Below, piece after piece: positions 19,784-29,314 of a DNA stretch of 64,000 nucleotides. Every line of letters starts with the position of its first letter. Within the stretch, counting starts at the first letter, position 1. A program made the position numbers and the translations under genes. Source of the stretch: Myxococcota bacterium (GTDB lineage Bacteria; Myxococcota_A; UBA9160; PR03); NCBI GenBank assembly GCA_041611735.1, contig JBFIML010000020.1, positions 1-64,000 of the forward strand. The letters run 5' to 3'. The notes beneath the pieces are model-generated. The model did not search any database and was not told the origin of the DNA. It worked only from the letters and a program-made list of their open reading frames with translations.

Positions 19784-21349
19784 TCATCCCGTGAGGGGCA
19801 GGGTGACCGCCACGAGCCAGGCGAGCCAGCCCGCCGCGAGCCATGCGAGGACCATCCCGTTGCGGGAGCGCGCCGCGAAGCCCACGGCGACGAGCTCGAC
19901 GAGCACGAAGAGGGCGGCCACCAGTCCGACCAGCAGACCCACCACGCTGGGGAGCCAGGCCAGGCGCACGCCGAGCACGAGGACACCCACCAGGACGCCC
20001 CGCCCCGCCACTGCCCAGGCCAGGCTCGCGAGCGGCGACCCGCGTCGCAGCAGCAGCTCGAAAGCCGCGAAGAAGGGCACCAGGACCAGGGTCCCGAGCA
20101 GCGCGGCCAGGGCGCGCTCCGGGGTCGGGACCAGGCGGTGGGCCACGGGACCGAGGGGCGCCAGGAGTGCGAACACGACGACCAGGCCGAGCGCCGCGGT
20201 CGGGAGGCTCGCCCCCAGGGCGGCGCCCAGGGGGAGCCGCCCGGGACCCGCGGCCCAGGCCAGGGCCGCGAGGAGCAGCACCCCCACCAGCGCCAGGTGG
20301 CCGAAGAGCGTCCCGGCCACGGGGTTCCCGAGGAACGAGGCCAGGGGAGCCGCACCCGCCAGGGGCAGCGTCACCACCAGGGCGCCGGCCAGCAGGGCGA
20401 GTGCCGCCGGGCGTCCCGTGGAGGGAAGCTCGGGAGCGCGCGGAGCCAGGGCGCCCAGGAGGGCGCCGAGACCCGGGAGAAGCGCCGCGAAGAGCAGGAG
20501 CCCCGCCAAGGCCCAGGGCAGGCGCGGCTCGGCGAGGTTCGGCGCAGACGGCGCCTGGACGCCAAAGGCCGCCTGGAGCCAGCGCAGCGTCTCTTCCGCG
20601 GCCTCCCGGGACCAGAGGATCGAGAGGTGGTCGTGACCTGCCACCTGGACGGCCCGCACCGCCGTGCCGCGCTCGGGGTCGCCGTGAGCGGCTCCGGAAG
20701 CGAGGCTCCCGACGCCGGTCAGGCGCGACGCCACCTGCAAGGCCGCCTTCCCCACGCGCGGCGGATCGCCCGCGGCCCACAGGAGCAGCACGTTGGCGGG
20801 CGGGAAGGGGCCGCCCGGGAGCGCCGCGCCCGAGATGGCCACGACGGCGTCCAGGCCGGAGTCCCGCGAAGCCTGGTCGAGCACCGCCTTGGCGCCCATG
20901 GAGTGGCCCACCAGCGCCACGCGCAGGCCGTCCACGCGCGCGTCGCTGCGCAGGCGGTCCACCGCCGCCGTCAGGTCATCGCTCAGCTCGAAGATCCGCT
21001 CCGGAGCGGCCCGGCCGGTGGGAAACGGATGCCGGTTCTCGCCGTGGCCGCGCAGGTCGAGGGCCAGGGCCGCGATCCCGTTGGCGGCGAGCCGCCGGGC
21101 CAGGCTGCTCATGATGGCCCGGTCGCCGCCGTAGCCGTGGACGAGGACCACCGCGGGCGGCCTCTCGGCGCGTCGGACTGCTCCGAACACGGCGGCAGCC
21201 TCCGGCAGATGGAGCGTGGCCGGCGCGCCGGTCCCGAGCTCGAGATCGAGGCGCGCCGGACCCGGGGCGTCCAGGCGCACGAGCCGGGCATGGACCACCA
21301 GCAGGGCCAGGAGCGCCAGGACCGGGAGCGCGATGCGGATGCGTCCCAT
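19784..21349 (-). CDS. Alpha/beta-fold hydrolase with C-terminal multi-pass membrane domain
   Basis: [20 protein letters not shown] nucleophile elbow, HDHLSIL; hydrophobic C-terminal half. Confidence 0.8.
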   Translation of the reverse strand: MGRIRIALPVLALLALLVVHARLVRLDAPGPARLDLELGTGAPATLHLPEAAAVFGAVRRAERPPAVVLVHGYGGDRAIMSSLARRLAANGIAALALDLRGHGENRHPFPTGRAAPERIFELSDDLTAAVDRLRSDARVDGLRVALVGHSMGAKAVLDQASRDSGLDAVVAISGAALPGGPFPPANVLLLWAAGDPPRVGKAALQVASRLTGVGSLASGAAHGDPERGTAVRAVQVAGHDHLSILWSREAAEETLRWLQAAFGVQAPSAPNLAEPRLPWALAGLLLFAALLPGLGALLGALAPRAPELPSTGRPAALALLAGALVVTLPLAGAAPLASFLGNPVAGTLFGHLALVGVLLLAALAWAAGPGRLPLGAALGASLPTAALGLVVVFALLAPLGPVAHRLVPTPERALAALLGTLVLVPFFAAFELLLRRGSPLASLAWAVAGRGVLVGVLVLGVRLAWLPSVVGLLVGLVAALFVLVELVAVGFAARSRNGMVLAWLAAGWLAWLVAVTLPLTG

Positions 21350-21457
21350 GCCGCCATCAAACCCGCCCCGGCCCGGTCCGTCAACGCGCATCGGCGCCCG
21401 CGTGGGATCGCTATGCTCCAGCGGGGCTCGGCCGCGGACGGGTCCGGAGGAGGCAAC

Positions 21458-22393
21458 GTGGAGCTTCCGAAACGGATCCTGGTGACCGGCGCCAATGGCA
21501 ACCTGGGCCGGCGGCTGCTGGCGCGCCTGGCCCGCGCCGCGCCCGCGGCCCCGGAGCTGCGTGCCCTGGTGCGCTCGGAGCGGGCAGCGGCAGCGGTTCG
21601 CGCCCTGGGCCTGCCGGCATCGACCTCCGTCGCGATCGTGGACTACCGGGACGCGGATGCCGTGGGAAGCGCCGCGGCCGGCTGCGACGCCGTCGTTCAC
21701 CTGGTGGGAATCCTCAAGGAGGCTCCGGGCACCCGTTATGCCGACGCCCACGAGGCCACCTGCCGGGTGTTGACGGAGATCGCGGAGCGCGCTGGCTTGC
21801 GTCACATCGTCTACCTGAGCGTGCTCGGGGCCGATCCGGCGGCGCGGAACGCTTGCCTCGCCTCCAAGGGCCGGGCAGAACGCATCCTGCTGGAGAGCAG
21901 CGTTCCGACCACGGTCCTGCGCGTCCCCATGGTGCTCGGCGGCGACGACCCGGCGAGCCGCGCCCTGCGCGCCCGGGCCCGCGCCCGGACGGTCCTCCTG
22001 CTCGGGGGCGGCGCCTCCCGGGAGCAACCCATCGATGCCGGCGACGTGGCGGCCGCCATCGAAGCGGCGCTGCGCAGCCCGGAGCGGGCCAGCCGCCTGC
22101 TCGAGCTGGCGGGGCCCGAGTCGCTGCCTCACCGGGAGCTCCTGCGTCGGGCCGCCGCGCAAATCGGTGGGCGGCCGCGCATCGTACCGGTGCCGGCGGG
22201 GCTGGTGCGCGCCCTGGCGGCCCTGGCCGAGCGGCTGCTGGCGAACCCGCCCGTGACACGACCCATGCTCGAGGTGCTGCTCCACGACGACCAGGTGGAT
22301 CCGGAGCCCGCCTGCCGCGAGCTCGGGATCACGCTCACGCCCCTCGACGAGACCCTGCGCCGCGTGCTCCACGGGGAGGCGGTGTCCTCGTGA
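21458..22393 (+). CDS. NAD-dependent epimerase/dehydratase (NDUFA9-like atypical SDR)
   Basis: ILVTGANGNLG, VHLVGILKE, SKGRAE; GGAGGAGG SD before GTG. Confidence 0.85.
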   Translation: MELPKRILVTGANGNLGRRLLARLARAAPAAPELRALVRSERAAAAVRALGLPASTSVAIVDYRDADAVGSAAAGCDAVVHLVGILKEAPGTRYADAHEATCRVLTEIAERAGLRHIVYLSVLGADPAARNACLASKGRAERILLESSVPTTVLRVPMVLGGDDPASRALRARARARTVLLLGGGASREQPIDAGDVAAAIEAALRSPERASRLLELAGPESLPHRELLRRAAAQIGGRPRIVPVPAGLVRALAALAERLLANPPVTRPMLEVLLHDDQVDPEPACRELGITLTPLDETLRRVLHGEAVSS

Positions 22394-23385
22394 CGCCTCC
22401 CGGCAGCGCGCCGCCCGAGGCCGTGCTGGAGGGCGCGGCGCCCACCGCCCGGCGTCCCTCGGCCGTCCGACGCCTGCTTCCGTGGCTCGTGACCGGCGCC
22501 TGCTTCGCGTTCCTCTACGGCCGCATCGACGCCGCCGCGCAGCGCGAGGGCTCGGCGGTGGTTCCCTACCTGGCCTCCGTCTTCGAGCGGGTGGACTGGT
22601 GGCGCTGGCTCGCGCTGATGGTTCCCTACTCCGCCTTCTACTTCCTGATCGACTCGGCGGTCGTGTGGCGGGTGGTGAACTGGTTCAACGCCCGGGTGAG
22701 CTACCGCGACATCCTCCCCGTGCGTGCCAGCACCTACATCCTCTCGATCCTGAACGAGCAGGTGGGCAAGGGGGCCATGGCCCTCTATCTCTACCGTCGC
22801 GAGGGCGTGCCCGGCTGGCAGCTCGGCTCGAGCATGCTCTTCATCATGTTCTGCGAGTTCTACTACCTGCTGTTCTGGGCCCTGGTTGGGCTCGCGCTGG
22901 GCTGGGGCGCCCTGCCGGAGCCGTACCGGATCCTCCCCTGGGTCGGATTGGGGGCCGCCGGCTTCTTCGTGGTGCACTGGCTCTACTTCCGGGGCACGCT
23001 GTGGCCCGACTTCCGCATGCGTGAGCGCCACCTGCTGCACGCCTTCCGCCAGGCGAAGCCCTGGCAGTACGCGACGATCCTGGCCATGCGCTCGCCCGCG
23101 ATCCTGGCGGCGGTGGGGGTCTACACCCTGGCGCTGCGCCTGTTCGGCGTGGAGGTGGGCTTCGTCGGGATGCTGGGCGTCCTGCCGCTGGTCTTCTTCG
23201 GCGCCGCGGTGCCCGGGCCCATGCGGGCCGTGGCCATCTCCATGTGGGTGATCCTGTTTCCGGACCGGCCCGGCGAGATGGCCGCCTTCGGCCTCGTGAT
23301 GCACAACTTCTTCATCTTCTTCAACGCCGCCATCGGCCTGCTCTTCCTGGGCCGCGCCAATCGGGAGCTGTTCGGGACCGTCTAG
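22390..23385 (+). CDS. Multi-pass membrane protein, lysylphosphatidylglycerol synthase TM / flippase-like
   Basis: About 8 hydrophobic segments; GTGA overlap with the upstream gene. Confidence 0.6.
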   Translation: MTPPGSAPPEAVLEGAAPTARRPSAVRRLLPWLVTGACFAFLYGRIDAAAQREGSAVVPYLASVFERVDWWRWLALMVPYSAFYFLIDSAVVWRVVNWFNARVSYRDILPVRASTYILSILNEQVGKGAMALYLYRREGVPGWQLGSSMLFIMFCEFYYLLFWALVGLALGWGALPEPYRILPWVGLGAAGFFVVHWLYFRGTLWPDFRMRERHLLHAFRQAKPWQYATILAMRSPAILAAVGVYTLALRLFGVEVGFVGMLGVLPLVFFGAAVPGPMRAVAISMWVILFPDRPGEMAAFGLVMHNFFIFFNAAIGLLFLGRANRELFGTV

Positions 23386-23951
23386 GCTCGATGCGGGCGG
23401 CGAGCCCGGTCGGCGATGGAGAGCAGGGTCGAAGCCACCAGGGCCCAGCCGAGACCCCGCACCCAAGCCGACGACGGCCAGCCGAGGCCGAGCGACTCCC
23501 GCACCACCGGCACTGCGACGAGCACGTAGTAGGCGATGCCGTTCCAGCGGCCGAGGCGGCTGGCGCGCAGGGGCTCGCCCCGGGCGGCGCGCGAGTCCGC
23601 CACGTATTGGACGAAGGCCAGGGCCACGAGGGGAGCCAGGAGGGCCGGCACCTCTCCCCGGAGCGCGAGGGCGGCCACGCCGCAGGTCACGAAGGTGGCG
23701 TCGGCCGCATGGTCCAGGAGGCCGCCGAGGGAAGAGCTCTCCGCGTAGCGGCGCGCCACGCGCCCGTCGGCCAGGTCGCTGGCCACGGCCAGGGCGAAGA
23801 GCCACGCGGCGGCGGGCCAGCACCCGGTCGCGACGGCGAAGGCCAGGGCCGGCGCCGCCAGCAGGCGCACGCCGGTGAGGGCGTTCGCCCGCGTGCGCCA
23901 GCGGCCGGCCGCGCCGCGCTCCCGAACCCCGCTCGCCACGCACCCGACCAT
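23382..23951 (-). CDS. CDP-alcohol phosphatidyltransferase
   Basis: ANALTGVR, SDLADGRVARR...GGLLDHAAD family signature; start uncertain. Confidence 0.88.
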   Translation of the reverse strand: MVGCVASGVRERGAAGRWRTRANALTGVRLLAAPALAFAVATGCWPAAAWLFALAVASDLADGRVARRYAESSSLGGLLDHAADATFVTCGVAALALRGEVPALLAPLVALAFVQYVADSRAARGEPLRASRLGRWNGIAYYVLVAVPVVRESLGLGWPSSAWVRGLGWALVASTLLSIADRARRPHRA

Positions 23952-24033
23952 ATCCCAGCCGGCGGCGCGCCTCGCACCGGGCCTCCGGGTCGCTACGCTC
24001 CGCCCGTGCTCGGGACCGCGGCGAGGCAAGTCC

Positions 24034-24360
24034 ATGGGAGCTCGCATCGGACTGTTGGCGGTGGCGCTGGTGGCCTGCTCCGGAGGCGGAGAGGGCACGG
24101 TGTCCGCCGCGGAGCGCGGGCGGCGCGCGTACATGAACGTCTGCGTCGCTTGCCACCACGCCGATCCGGCCCGGGACGGCTCCCTGGGGCCCGCCATCGC
24201 CGGCTCGTCCCGCGAACTGGTGGAGGGGATGGTGCTGCGCCGGCAGTATCCGCCCGGCTACACGCCCAAGCGAACCACGAACGCCATGCCGGCCTACCCC
24301 CACCTGGCCGACCGCATCGACGACCTGGTGGCCTTCCTGGCAAGCGCGGCTCCACAGTAG
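24034..24360 (+). CDS. Monoheme cytochrome c lipoprotein
   Basis: Lipobox LVAC, CVACH haem motif, distal Met in AMP. Confidence 0.85.
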   Translation: MGARIGLLAVALVACSGGGEGTVSAAERGRRAYMNVCVACHHADPARDGSLGPAIAGSSRELVEGMVLRRQYPPGYTPKRTTNAMPAYPHLADRIDDLVAFLASAAPQ

Positions 24361-24464
24361 CCGCGCGCGCAGCGAGGCGCAGCCGAGCGGAGTTCCCTTT
24401 CCCTGGCAAGCGCGGCTCCGCAGTAGCCGCGCGCGCAGCGAGGCGCAGGCGAGCGGAGTTCCCT
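24336..24464. repeat. Tandem pair of 63-bp palindromic REP-like units (period 66)
   Basis: 24336-24398 and 24402-24464 differ at 2 positions; each holds a gcgcggct/agccgcgc hairpin. Confidence 0.9.
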
Positions 24465-25167
24465 AGAGCAGGATCACGTGCACCAGGTACAACACCAGGG
24501 TCAGGCCGAGGCCCGCGTGGATCGTGCCCGAAACGGTGGCGAGCGGCTTCTGGGTCGACAGCCCCGGCCCGAGCAGCGCGTTGGCCTCCACCGCCAGGAT
24601 CACGATCCCGGCCACGATCCAGTAGAGCGTCACGCCGCCCTCGCCGGTCATGGATCCGAAGTGGGTGGCGGCCCCCATGAAGAAGAGCATCGGGATCGAG
24701 AACAGCGTGTTGGTGCGCGAGGCGAGCCCGGCGCGCTGGCCGCGGGCCGCCGCCTCCGGCAGCGCCTGGCCGCCTCCGGCCACCCGCTCCGCCGACGCGA
24801 TCACCACCTGCTGGGCCGGCCAGATCACGAACCAGACGTTGGCCCACATGAGCGTCCCCATCAGTGCGCCGGTCAGGATGCGCGTCATGTATCCCGCCGA
24901 GAGCGGCAGGCCGTCGTGCCCCCAACGGGTGAGCAGGATCAGCAGGCCCGACAGGAAGGTGAACATGGCGCCCCAGCGGAACCACCAGAGCGCGTTCGGG
25001 ACGAGCCCGCGGATCATGGGGCTGCGCGCCTGACCGCCCAGGTCCGAGCCGAAGAAGGGCGTCTGGATGAAGTTGAAGTAGTAGAGCACCCCGATCCAGG
25101 CGATCCCGGCCAGGAAGTGGATCCAGCGGAGCAGGAAGTACCAGCCCTCCATGCTGAAGATCTCCAT
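24463..25167 (-). CDS. PuuD-like urate hydroxylase N-terminal membrane domain protein
   Basis: RWIHFLAGIAWIGVLYYFNF, WWFRWGA, NVWFVIWPAQ, ASRTN; no CxxCH. Confidence 0.8.
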   Translation of the reverse strand: MEIFSMEGWYFLLRWIHFLAGIAWIGVLYYFNFIQTPFFGSDLGGQARSPMIRGLVPNALWWFRWGAMFTFLSGLLILLTRWGHDGLPLSAGYMTRILTGALMGTLMWANVWFVIWPAQQVVIASAERVAGGGQALPEAAARGQRAGLASRTNTLFSIPMLFFMGAATHFGSMTGEGGVTLYWIVAGIVILAVEANALLGPGLSTQKPLATVSGTIHAGLGLTLVLYLVHVILL

Positions 25168-25251
25168 GGCGAACCTCCTCCTCTTCGTGCGGCGGCGCCC
25201 ATTGTAACCACAGATCGCCCCCTTGCGGCACCGAACTGCGGGTCCGCTGGC

Positions 25252-26151
25252 TCAGCGCTCCCGCCAGCGGGGGATTCGCCCCGCGATCCGGGTCCAGCCG
25301 AGGCGCTCGAAGAGCGGCTCGACCCGGCGCCGCTCCGCCCCGCGCCAGGCGAGGCGCTCCGGAGCGCGAGGCAGGCCCGGGACGTCGCGGCGCAGGGTGG
25401 CGAGGGCCCGGGTGCGGAACGCCCGGGCACGGTGCTTCTCGACGAGGGCCGCCAGGCGCGCGGCGCCGCGCAGCCCCGTCCGCGCCCAGTCGGCGGGATC
25501 GGCGGGCACCGCCTCGATCGAGCCGAAGGCCTCGAGCAGCGCGGCGGCGCGGCGCGGGCCCACGCCCGGGACGCCCGGCAGGTTGTCCACCGCATCTCCC
25601 ACCAGGCCGAGCCAGTCCGGGATGCGGGCCGGGGGCACGCCGAAGCGGCGCCGGACGCCCTCGGCATCGATCGTCTCGCCTCGGGCGAAGTCGTTCCAGA
25701 CGATGCGACCGTCCTCGCTGACGAGCTGGGCCAGGTCCTTGTCCGAGCTCACCACCACGACCCGCGCGCCCCGAGCGTGCAGACGGGTGGCGAGCGTTCC
25801 GATCACGTCGTCCGCCTCGAAGCCCTGGGCGAGGAGCGCCGGGACGCCCAGGGCGCGCGCCACGTCGACGCACAGCTCGAACTGGGGCTCGAGCTCTGGG
25901 GGCGGCTCCGTACGGCCGGCCTTGTAGGCGGGCTCCAGCTCGTTGCGGAAGCTCGTCAGTGCGAAGTCGAAGGCGGCCGCCAGGTGGGTAGGGCGCACCT
26001 CGGAGAGGAAACGCAGCATGCTGCCCGCGAAGCCGTAGGCGGCCCCGGTGGGCGTACCGTCGGGGGCAAACATGGGCGGCAGCGCGTGCCAGGCCCGGAA
26101 GATCCAGACGTGGGCGTCGATCAGATGGACGCACGGGGCGCCGCGCCCCAC
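25252..26151 (-). CDS. Standalone 5'-3' exonuclease / flap endonuclease (PolI N-terminal-like)
   Basis: LIDA, FRNEL..YKAGR, GFEADDVIGTL, SSDKDLAQL, GDAVDNLPGVPGVG. Confidence 0.9.
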   Translation of the reverse strand: MGRGAPCVHLIDAHVWIFRAWHALPPMFAPDGTPTGAAYGFAGSMLRFLSEVRPTHLAAAFDFALTSFRNELEPAYKAGRTEPPPELEPQFELCVDVARALGVPALLAQGFEADDVIGTLATRLHARGARVVVVSSDKDLAQLVSEDGRIVWNDFARGETIDAEGVRRRFGVPPARIPDWLGLVGDAVDNLPGVPGVGPRRAAALLEAFGSIEAVPADPADWARTGLRGAARLAALVEKHRARAFRTRALATLRRDVPGLPRAPERLAWRGAERRRVEPLFERLGWTRIAGRIPRWRER

Positions 26152-26184
26152 CGGCTCAGGTCCCGGCCCGGCCGCACGGCTTCC

Positions 26185-27900
26185 TCACCCCGTGCGCTCC
26201 TCCAGGACCGTCTCCACGGCGACCTCGGCGGCGTGGCCCAGGTCGAGATCGCGCTTGTGCCCGTCGCGCCGCCGAACGAACTCCACCTTCTTCTCCTTGA
26301 GTCCGCGCGGCCCGACGGCAATGCGGTACGGAATGCCCACCAGCTCGGCGTCCGTGAACTTGACGCCGGGCCGCTCGTCGCGATCGTCGAGGATCACGTC
26401 GATGCGCTCGGCCCGCAGCGCGTCGTAGAGCTGCTCCGCGGCTTCGGCGCTCGGGACATCCTTCGGGTTCACCACCGTGATCACCACCTCGTAGGGCGCC
26501 ACGGCCACGGGCCAGCAGATGCCCTTCTCGTCGTGGCAGCGTTCGGCGATAGCGGCCATGGTCCGCTCGATCCCGATTCCATAGGAGCCCATCACGATCG
26601 GGACGCTCTGGCCCGCCTCGTCCACCACCGCGGCGCCGAGCGCCTCGCTGTAGCGGGTGCCGAGCTTGAAGATGTGGCCCACCTCGATGGCCTTGGCGAC
26701 GGCGAGCGGGGCGTCGCACAGGCCGCAGCCCTCCCCGGCCGCCGCCTCCCGCAGGTCCAGCCACGCGTCCACCCGGATGTCGCGCTCCACGTCCACGCCG
26801 CGCAGGTGGAAGTCGTCCTGGTTGGCGCCGGTAGCCATGTTGCGCCGCCCCCGGAGCGCCGCGTCGGCCAGCACGCGCACCCCCGCGACCCCCACGGCGC
26901 CGAGGCTCCCGGCCGCGGCGCCGAGCAGGGAGCGGATCTCTTCGGGGTGGGCGGGGCGCAGCTCGAGCCCCCCACTGGCGTCGACCAGCTTCTGCTCGGC
27001 CAGGGCGTGGTCGCCGCGCAGGAGCACCAGGGTTGGCTGGCCGTCGCTCACGTAGACCAGCGTCTTCACCTGCCGCTCCGCCGGCGCGCCGTCCGGGAAG
27101 CGAGCCAGGTCCTCGATGGTGCGAACTCCGGGCGTCGCGAAGCGCTCGGGCCGTTCCGGACCCGGCGGGTCCTGCACCGCCGGCACCTGCGAGGTGGCCT
27201 TCTCCAGGTTGGCCGCGTAGCCACAGCGCGGACAGCTGGCGATGCGGTCCTCGCCGGCGTCGCTCGCCACCATGAACTCGATGGATTCGCTCCCCCCCAT
27301 GGCGCCGGAGGAGGCCTCGACGGCCAAGGTCTCGAGACCTGCGCGCTCGAAGATGCGCCGGTAGGCCTCGAAGTGGAGCTGGAAGGCGCGGTCGAGCCCT
27401 TCGGGCCCGCGGTCCAGGGAGTAGGAGTCCTTCATGGTGAATTCGCGCACGCGGATCAGGCCCGACTTGGGCCGCGCCTCGTCCCGGAACTTGGTCTGGA
27501 TCTGGTACCAGATCTGAGGCAGCTCCCGGTACGAGCGCAGCTCCGACGCCAGGTGCGCGAACACCTCCTCGTGGGTCATTCCCAGGCAGAGCTCGGCCCG
27601 GCGCCGGTCTCGGAGACGGAACATCTCCTCACCCATGGCCTCCCAGCGGCCGGAGCGGCGCCACAGCTCGTCCGGCTGGATGGCCGGGAGCCGGAACTCC
27701 TGGGCCCCGATTGCGTCCATCTCCTGACGGACGATACCGGTGATCTTCTGGCAGACCCGGAAGCCGAGCGGGAGCAGCGAGTACACGCCGGCCATCAGCT
27801 GACGCACGAAGCCGGCCCGCATCAGCAGGCGGTGGCTCACGGCCTCGGCGTCGGCCGGGTCCTCGCGCAGGGTGGGGATGAAGGCGTGGCTCCAGCGCAA
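26185..27900 (-). CDS. proS: Proline--tRNA ligase
   Basis: SHRLLMRAG, THEE, KFRDEARP, REFTMKDSYS, EVGHIFKLGTRYS, MGSYGIG; TTG start after GAGGAG. Confidence 0.97.
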   Translation of the reverse strand: MRWSHAFIPTLREDPADAEAVSHRLLMRAGFVRQLMAGVYSLLPLGFRVCQKITGIVRQEMDAIGAQEFRLPAIQPDELWRRSGRWEAMGEEMFRLRDRRRAELCLGMTHEEVFAHLASELRSYRELPQIWYQIQTKFRDEARPKSGLIRVREFTMKDSYSLDRGPEGLDRAFQLHFEAYRRIFERAGLETLAVEASSGAMGGSESIEFMVASDAGEDRIASCPRCGYAANLEKATSQVPAVQDPPGPERPERFATPGVRTIEDLARFPDGAPAERQVKTLVYVSDGQPTLVLLRGDHALAEQKLVDASGGLELRPAHPEEIRSLLGAAAGSLGAVGVAGVRVLADAALRGRRNMATGANQDDFHLRGVDVERDIRVDAWLDLREAAAGEGCGLCDAPLAVAKAIEVGHIFKLGTRYSEALGAAVVDEAGQSVPIVMGSYGIGIERTMAAIAERCHDEKGICWPVAVAPYEVVITVVNPKDVPSAEAAEQLYDALRAERIDVILDDRDERPGVKFTDAELVGIPYRIAVGPRGLKEKKVEFVRRRDGHKRDLDLGHAAEVAVETVLEERTG

Positions 27901-27957
27901 CGTAGCTCCTCTCGCCCGCGCGAAGCCTACCGAAGCAGCGTGGGCACCGCCGCCGGC

Positions 27958-29103
27958 TCAGGCATCCGGATCGAGCAGTGCGAGGACTCCGGTGTAGGTG
28001 AGCAGCTCGGGTCGACCGCTCTGCGCAGCGACCTGACAGGTGCCCGACGCACCCACCACCGCCGCCTTGCCGAAGGCCCGCTCCAGGTAGGCCGCCTCGA
28101 GCCCGGCGAAGCCGAAGAGCTCGGAGCCACCGGCGGCGCAGCCCAGGTGCAAGGCAGCGGCGGGAGCAGTCGCCGCGCACGCTTCGAGAGCGTCTGCCAG
28201 CTCCGCGCGCGCCGCATCCGCGTCGCGCAGCACGAGGGCGAGACGTTGGCCGGGGCGCAGGGCCTCGGGGAGTGCAAGGGCGCGGCGGCGCGCATCGAAC
28301 CCGACCGGGCTGCGGGCCACCCAGTGGCCGTGGCCGACGGTCCGCTCCAGGGCGAGCAGGACGACCCGTGCCGCACGGGGAAGGTCGTCCGCCAGGCGAC
28401 CGCGCGCCGCGGCGCGGTAGACGTCGAGGGCCGGTCGGCCGTCCAGGGCAAGGATCCAGTGCCCGCTGGACCGCGTCACCGCCAGGGGAGACCCGATGCG
28501 CCGGTACGACGGGACCACCGCGACGCGGGGTTGGCGAGGGGCACGTACGAGGAGCGCCGCCAGCCCCCCCTCGACCCGTCGGCCGGCGGCCCAGACCGTC
28601 GCGTGGGCAGCCGTGGCCTCGGCCCCTGCGCCCACCAGCGTTGCGGGCCCGAGGGCGCGGGCCAGGCCTTCGAGGAAGGGGGCCTTCGTCAGGGTGGCGG
28701 GGTCGAAGAAGAGCACCACCAGGTCGCGTCCACCCGGTCCCCCGTCCAGGCAGGCCGCGATCTCCGCTCCGAGAGCCTCCTCGCCACCCCGGACCGGGTC
28801 GACGAGCAGAGCCTGACCCGTGACTCCGCCCAGGGCGAGCACCGCCACGGCGGGGCGGTCCCGTTCCTCTTGGCCGAGAGCGTGAACCGTCCGGGCCATG
28901 AAGCCGGCCGCAGCCGGGGTACCGAGCGCCTTGCCGGCGGCGGCCAGGAGCGGGCCGAGCCCGCCGGCATGGGCTGGCGTGGCGAAGACCAGGGCGGCGT
29001 CGGCCCGGGCCAGGCCCGCCCGTCCGAGGGCCCCCGCCGACGCCTCCCGGGCTGCGAGCCCCGGGTCGACGGCCACCGAGAGCCCCGCTCCCGCGACGAG
29101 CAT
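27958..29103 (-). CDS. FIST N/C-domain signal protein
   Basis: FIST-like motifs (LDGRPALD, LRDADAA, LLTYTGV). Confidence 0.75.
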   Translation of the reverse strand: MLVAGAGLSVAVDPGLAAREASAGALGRAGLARADAALVFATPAHAGGLGPLLAAAGKALGTPAAAGFMARTVHALGQEERDRPAVAVLALGGVTGQALLVDPVRGGEEALGAEIAACLDGGPGGRDLVVLFFDPATLTKAPFLEGLARALGPATLVGAGAEATAAHATVWAAGRRVEGGLAALLVRAPRQPRVAVVPSYRRIGSPLAVTRSSGHWILALDGRPALDVYRAAARGRLADDLPRAARVVLLALERTVGHGHWVARSPVGFDARRRALALPEALRPGQRLALVLRDADAARAELADALEACAATAPAAALHLGCAAGGSELFGFAGLEAAYLERAFGKAAVVGASGTCQVAAQSGRPELLTYTGVLALLDPDA

Positions 29104-29314
29104 GGCGGCCGAGTATAGGACTGGCGCCGCTTCGGGCGTCCTCCCGTGCGGCCCCGGGGATCCGATTTCGATCCACTTCCCGTGGCCTTGCTGGCTATCC
29201 CCCGGGGGGCCAGCTTTCGCCCGCCGCGGGCCTCGGCTACCCTGGGCAGCGCGCGGCGATCGTTCCCTCCTCGCGCCATGTTTCCCCCGTTCGGACGCGG
29301 AGCCGGGACCGCCC

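Noticed and set aside
19574-22393. 939-aa (+) and 862-aa (-) overlapping ORFs suggesting giant fusions
   Set aside because: Each is a real gene (epimerase from 21458; hydrolase from 21349) plus stop-free read-through antisense to the other.
24336-24464. Possible mini CRISPR array
   Set aside because: Only two 63-bp units separated by 3 bp, no spacer-sized unique sequence and no cas genes.
24478-29118. 1546-aa plus-strand ORF
   Set aside because: Antisense shadow of the PuuD-like, exonuclease, proS and FIST genes; long stop-free antisense frames are expected at this GC and it has no recognisable motifs.
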